Shown: positions 19,657 to 21,867 of the stretch, in pieces
How the letters are laid out: each line of letters starts with the position of its first letter
Position numbering within the stretch: position 1 is the stretch's first letter
Assembly (NCBI GenBank): GCA_965662175.1
Contig: CBFIGT010000029.1
Coordinates: 1 to 21,867, forward strand
From: Arcobacter sp.
GTDB taxonomy: Bacteria > Campylobacterota > Campylobacteria > Campylobacterales > Arcobacteraceae
Direction of reading: 5' to 3'
DNA: 21,867 nt
Program-made: the position numbers and the translations under genes
The notes under the pieces: model-generated
What the model saw: only the letters and a program-made list of their open reading frames with translations
What the model was told of the DNA's origin: nothing
Database searches by the model: none

Positions 19657-19744
19657 TCTTTTAAGTATATAATCCGTATTATTGTGTTATATATTTCGGA
19701 ATAGTTAAGTATATAATCCGTAATAATACTAATATAATTTCGTA
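19657..19744 (+). repeat. Four degenerate tandem units with an exact 22-bp period
   Basis: Units: tcttttaagtatataatccgta / ttattgtgttatatatttcgga / atagttaagtatataatccgta / ataatactaatataatttcgta. CG falls at 19675, 19697, 19719 and 19741. Units 1 and 3 share an exact 18-mer (19661-19678 = 19705-19722). Confidence 0.85.
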
Positions 19745-19756
19745 AAAGAAGAAAAA

Positions 19757-21010
19757 ATGATACATAGAAAACTAGAATCAACAATAATAGAAATGCTAGA
19801 ATCATTTAGAATTGTAGCTATTAATGGTCCAAGACAATCGGGTAAAACTACACTACAAAAGAAAATAGCAAAAAATAAAAATATGAAATATTATACTTTT
19901 GATGATATTGATATTTTTAATACAGCTTTATCAGATCCCAAAGGTTTTATTGAATATATTTCAAAAGATGAAAATATTGCTATAGATGAAGTTCAAATGA
20001 TTCCTGAGATAATAGCTCCTATTAAAATGAGTGTAGATGAAGAAAATAGAAAAGGTATGTTTTTACTTACGGGTTCATCTGATATGTTCAAAAACTCTAA
20101 AATAAAGGAATCACTGGCAGGTAGAATGCTTAGTTTTAATTTATATCCACTTTCATATAGTGAAATAAATAAAAGAGATATAAATATTATTGATAAACTT
20201 TTTAGTGATGAATTCAATAATTTTGATGTTGATTTTGAAAGTATTTCTAAAGAAGAGTTTATAAGTGCAGTTATAAATGGAGCTTATCCCGAAGTTTATG
20301 AATTGCCAATAAAAGCAAAAAAAGCATGGTATGATTTTTATATAAAAGCTAGAATTACTAAAGATATCGCAAATATTGAAAATGTACAAGTTGATACACT
20401 TTCACATCTTGCAAAACTTTTAAAAGTGTTAGCAGGACAAGTAAGTTCTCTGGTAAACTATACAAGTATTTCAAAAAATATAGGAATAACAGATAAAACA
20501 GTTGCAAAATATATAAAAATATTAGAAGCTTTATATATAATAAAACTTGTTCCATCTTACTCAAATAACATACTTAAACAAGTAACAAAAAGCCCAAAAG
20601 TGCATTTTATAGATTCAGGACTTGCAAGTTTTTTATTAAATGTAAGTGTAGAATCTTCAATGTTGGGTAAAAACGAACACTTGGGAAATTTAGTAGAAAC
20701 TTTTGTTTATACGGAACTTATCAAACATCAATCTTATGCAAATGAAGATATAGAGATATATCATTTTAGAGATACACAAAAAAAAGAAGTTGATTTTGTA
20801 TTAGAATCAAGTTTGGGTGATATTGTTGCTATTGAGATTAAATCAGGTTCAAATATTAAAAATGAACATTTTAAAGGACTTTTAGCTCTTGCAAAAATCA
20901 TGAAAGATAAAAATTTTAAAGGTATTATTTTTTATGGTGGAGATAAAGTTTTACCATATAAAATAGAAGATTATCAATTTTGGACAATACCTTTAAGAGT
21001 ACTAATTTAA
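19757..21010 (+). CDS. AAA_14/DUF4143-type ATPase with HTH-like region and C-terminal PD-(D/E)xK nuclease-like domain
   Basis: Walker A GPRQSGKTT, Walker B IAIDEVQ, LTGSS, ESLAGR, G.YPE, PK.HF.DSGL, G.L.ETFV, EVDFVL...AIEIK. Confidence 0.9.
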   Translation: MIHRKLESTIIEMLESFRIVAINGPRQSGKTTLQKKIAKNKNMKYYTFDDIDIFNTALSDPKGFIEYISKDENIAIDEVQMIPEIIAPIKMSVDEENRKGMFLLTGSSDMFKNSKIKESLAGRMLSFNLYPLSYSEINKRDINIIDKLFSDEFNNFDVDFESISKEEFISAVINGAYPEVYELPIKAKKAWYDFYIKARITKDIANIENVQVDTLSHLAKLLKVLAGQVSSLVNYTSISKNIGITDKTVAKYIKILEALYIIKLVPSYSNNILKQVTKSPKVHFIDSGLASFLLNVSVESSMLGKNEHLGNLVETFVYTELIKHQSYANEDIEIYHFRDTQKKEVDFVLESSLGDIVAIEIKSGSNIKNEHFKGLLALAKIMKDKNFKGIIFYGGDKVLPYKIEDYQFWTIPLRVLI

Positions 21011-21186
21011 GATTTATAAAACCATAAATCTTTCATAAAAACTAAATGTTACCTGAAGTAGCTTTTTTGAAGTTGTTCCACCAATTAAATTTTTATTAAG
21101 TATTTTAGGAGTTGACTCAGTTCATTAAAAGCAAATAAAACTAAAGTAATTATTTATCGAAAATTTATAAAAAATATATTTAGTTG

Positions 21187-21212
21187 TGAAATAGCAGACT
21201 AAGTCTATTTCA
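21187..21212. repeat. Inverted repeat / hairpin
   Basis: TGAAATAG-(CAGACTAAGT)-CTATTTCA, lying between convergent genes. Confidence 0.6.
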
Positions 21213-21303
21213 ATCTTTAAAGTCACCTTTTTTACTTGTTTTAAGAAAGGGGCAAGTCAAGTTGGTCTTACAATATTGAAATATATGCCAAAAATTCTAG
21301 AAA

Positions 21304-21591
21304 CTATTTATAGTATCCACACCCACATGCTCCACATTCACAAATTATCCAACCACACTCATTACATTTTAAATGAGTTATTGTACTAATACCACTTTTA
21401 CACACATAGCATTGTGTATGTCTATTTCTTTTCATTTCTATTGAATATCCAGAATAATTTATTTTTTTGGATATAACAAATTTTTTATGTCTATTTATTA
21501 TTTTGCTATCTTCATCATATTCTATTTCTTCCTGTGTTGCTATAGATAAATGCCATTTACAATTTTGCGATATTATGTAGCAAATGCACAA
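21304..21591 (-). CDS. Small Cys-rich putative Zn-binding protein (start uncertain, possibly truncated)
   Basis: C-terminal CYVC-x11-CNECGWIICECGACGC; TTG start without a clear SD. Confidence 0.55.
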   Translation of the reverse strand: MCICYIISQNCKWHLSIATQEEIEYDEDSKIINRHKKFVISKKINYSGYSIEMKRNRHTQCYVCKSGISTITHLKCNECGWIICECGACGCGYYK

Positions 21592-21606
21592 AGAAAATCT
21601 AAAAAA

Positions 21607-21819
21607 TTATAGCTTGATTTTCGTATGATTCATTAAAGATTTTTTCTTAGTGATAAGTAACTCATCACCCTCATCCATATCATAATCATCATAGAACTTT
21701 TCAAGAACCAAAGTAGTTACTTGATCTGTAATATCTATCTCTGATTCTAAGAACTCATCTTCTGTATAGGTGTTGAGAGTTATTTTACCAGTTTGTTTAT
21801 TATATTCTAGGGTTTCCAT
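21607..21819 (-). CDS. Small acidic hypothetical protein
   Basis: 70-aa ATG ORF with D/E-rich, protein-like composition; no motif recognised. Confidence 0.5.
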   Translation of the reverse strand: METLEYNKQTGKITLNTYTEDEFLESEIDITDQVTTLVLEKFYDDYDMDEGDELLITKKKSLMNHTKIKL

Positions 21820-21867
21820 TAATATTAGTCACTAAAAATTTGGTTTTCATCAATAATTTTATTAATA

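Noticed and set aside
19657..19744. CRISPR mini-array interpretation of the repeats
   Set aside because: The period is 22/44 bp, the 'spacer' is itself a degenerate repeat, and there are no cas genes.
19993..20564. Three short minus-strand ORFs
   Set aside because: Antisense to the ATPase gene; low-complexity translations.
21011..21303. Integron attC site or gene remnant in the long spacer
   Set aside because: No paired RYYYAAC/GTTRRRY boxes found, and the short open frames match nothing I recognise.

Overview
AT-rich bacterial chromosome segment, most likely Campylobacterota (Arcobacteraceae-like, inferred from gene content and style). It has four blocks. (1) 1-7037 is a signalling cluster: the tail of an upstream hybrid kinase, an H-NOX gene with its soluble hybrid kinase, a REC-HD-GYP phosphodiesterase, and an orphan ModA-like binding protein coupled to a membrane hybrid kinase. 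(2) 7030-13594 is a minus-strand housekeeping run: EamA transporter, TrkA-C protein, dapC, a hypothetical, murC and nhaA. (3) 13776-18803 holds a polar amino-acid ABC importer, a LysE/ArgO exporter, tgt, gatC and an ArsC/YffB-family gene missed by the ORF track. That gene has TGA at its catalytic Cys codon followed by a SECIS-like hairpin, so it is a probable selenoprotein. (4) 18869-end is accessory DNA: an MNT-HEPN toxin-antitoxin pair, an AAA_14/DUF4143-type ATPase-nuclease preceded by four degenerate repeats with an exact 22-bp period, and small ORFs. Bases 1-77 are an exact copy of 2269-2345, so two kinases share an identical 3' end. All family assignments come from motifs read by eye; no searches were run.
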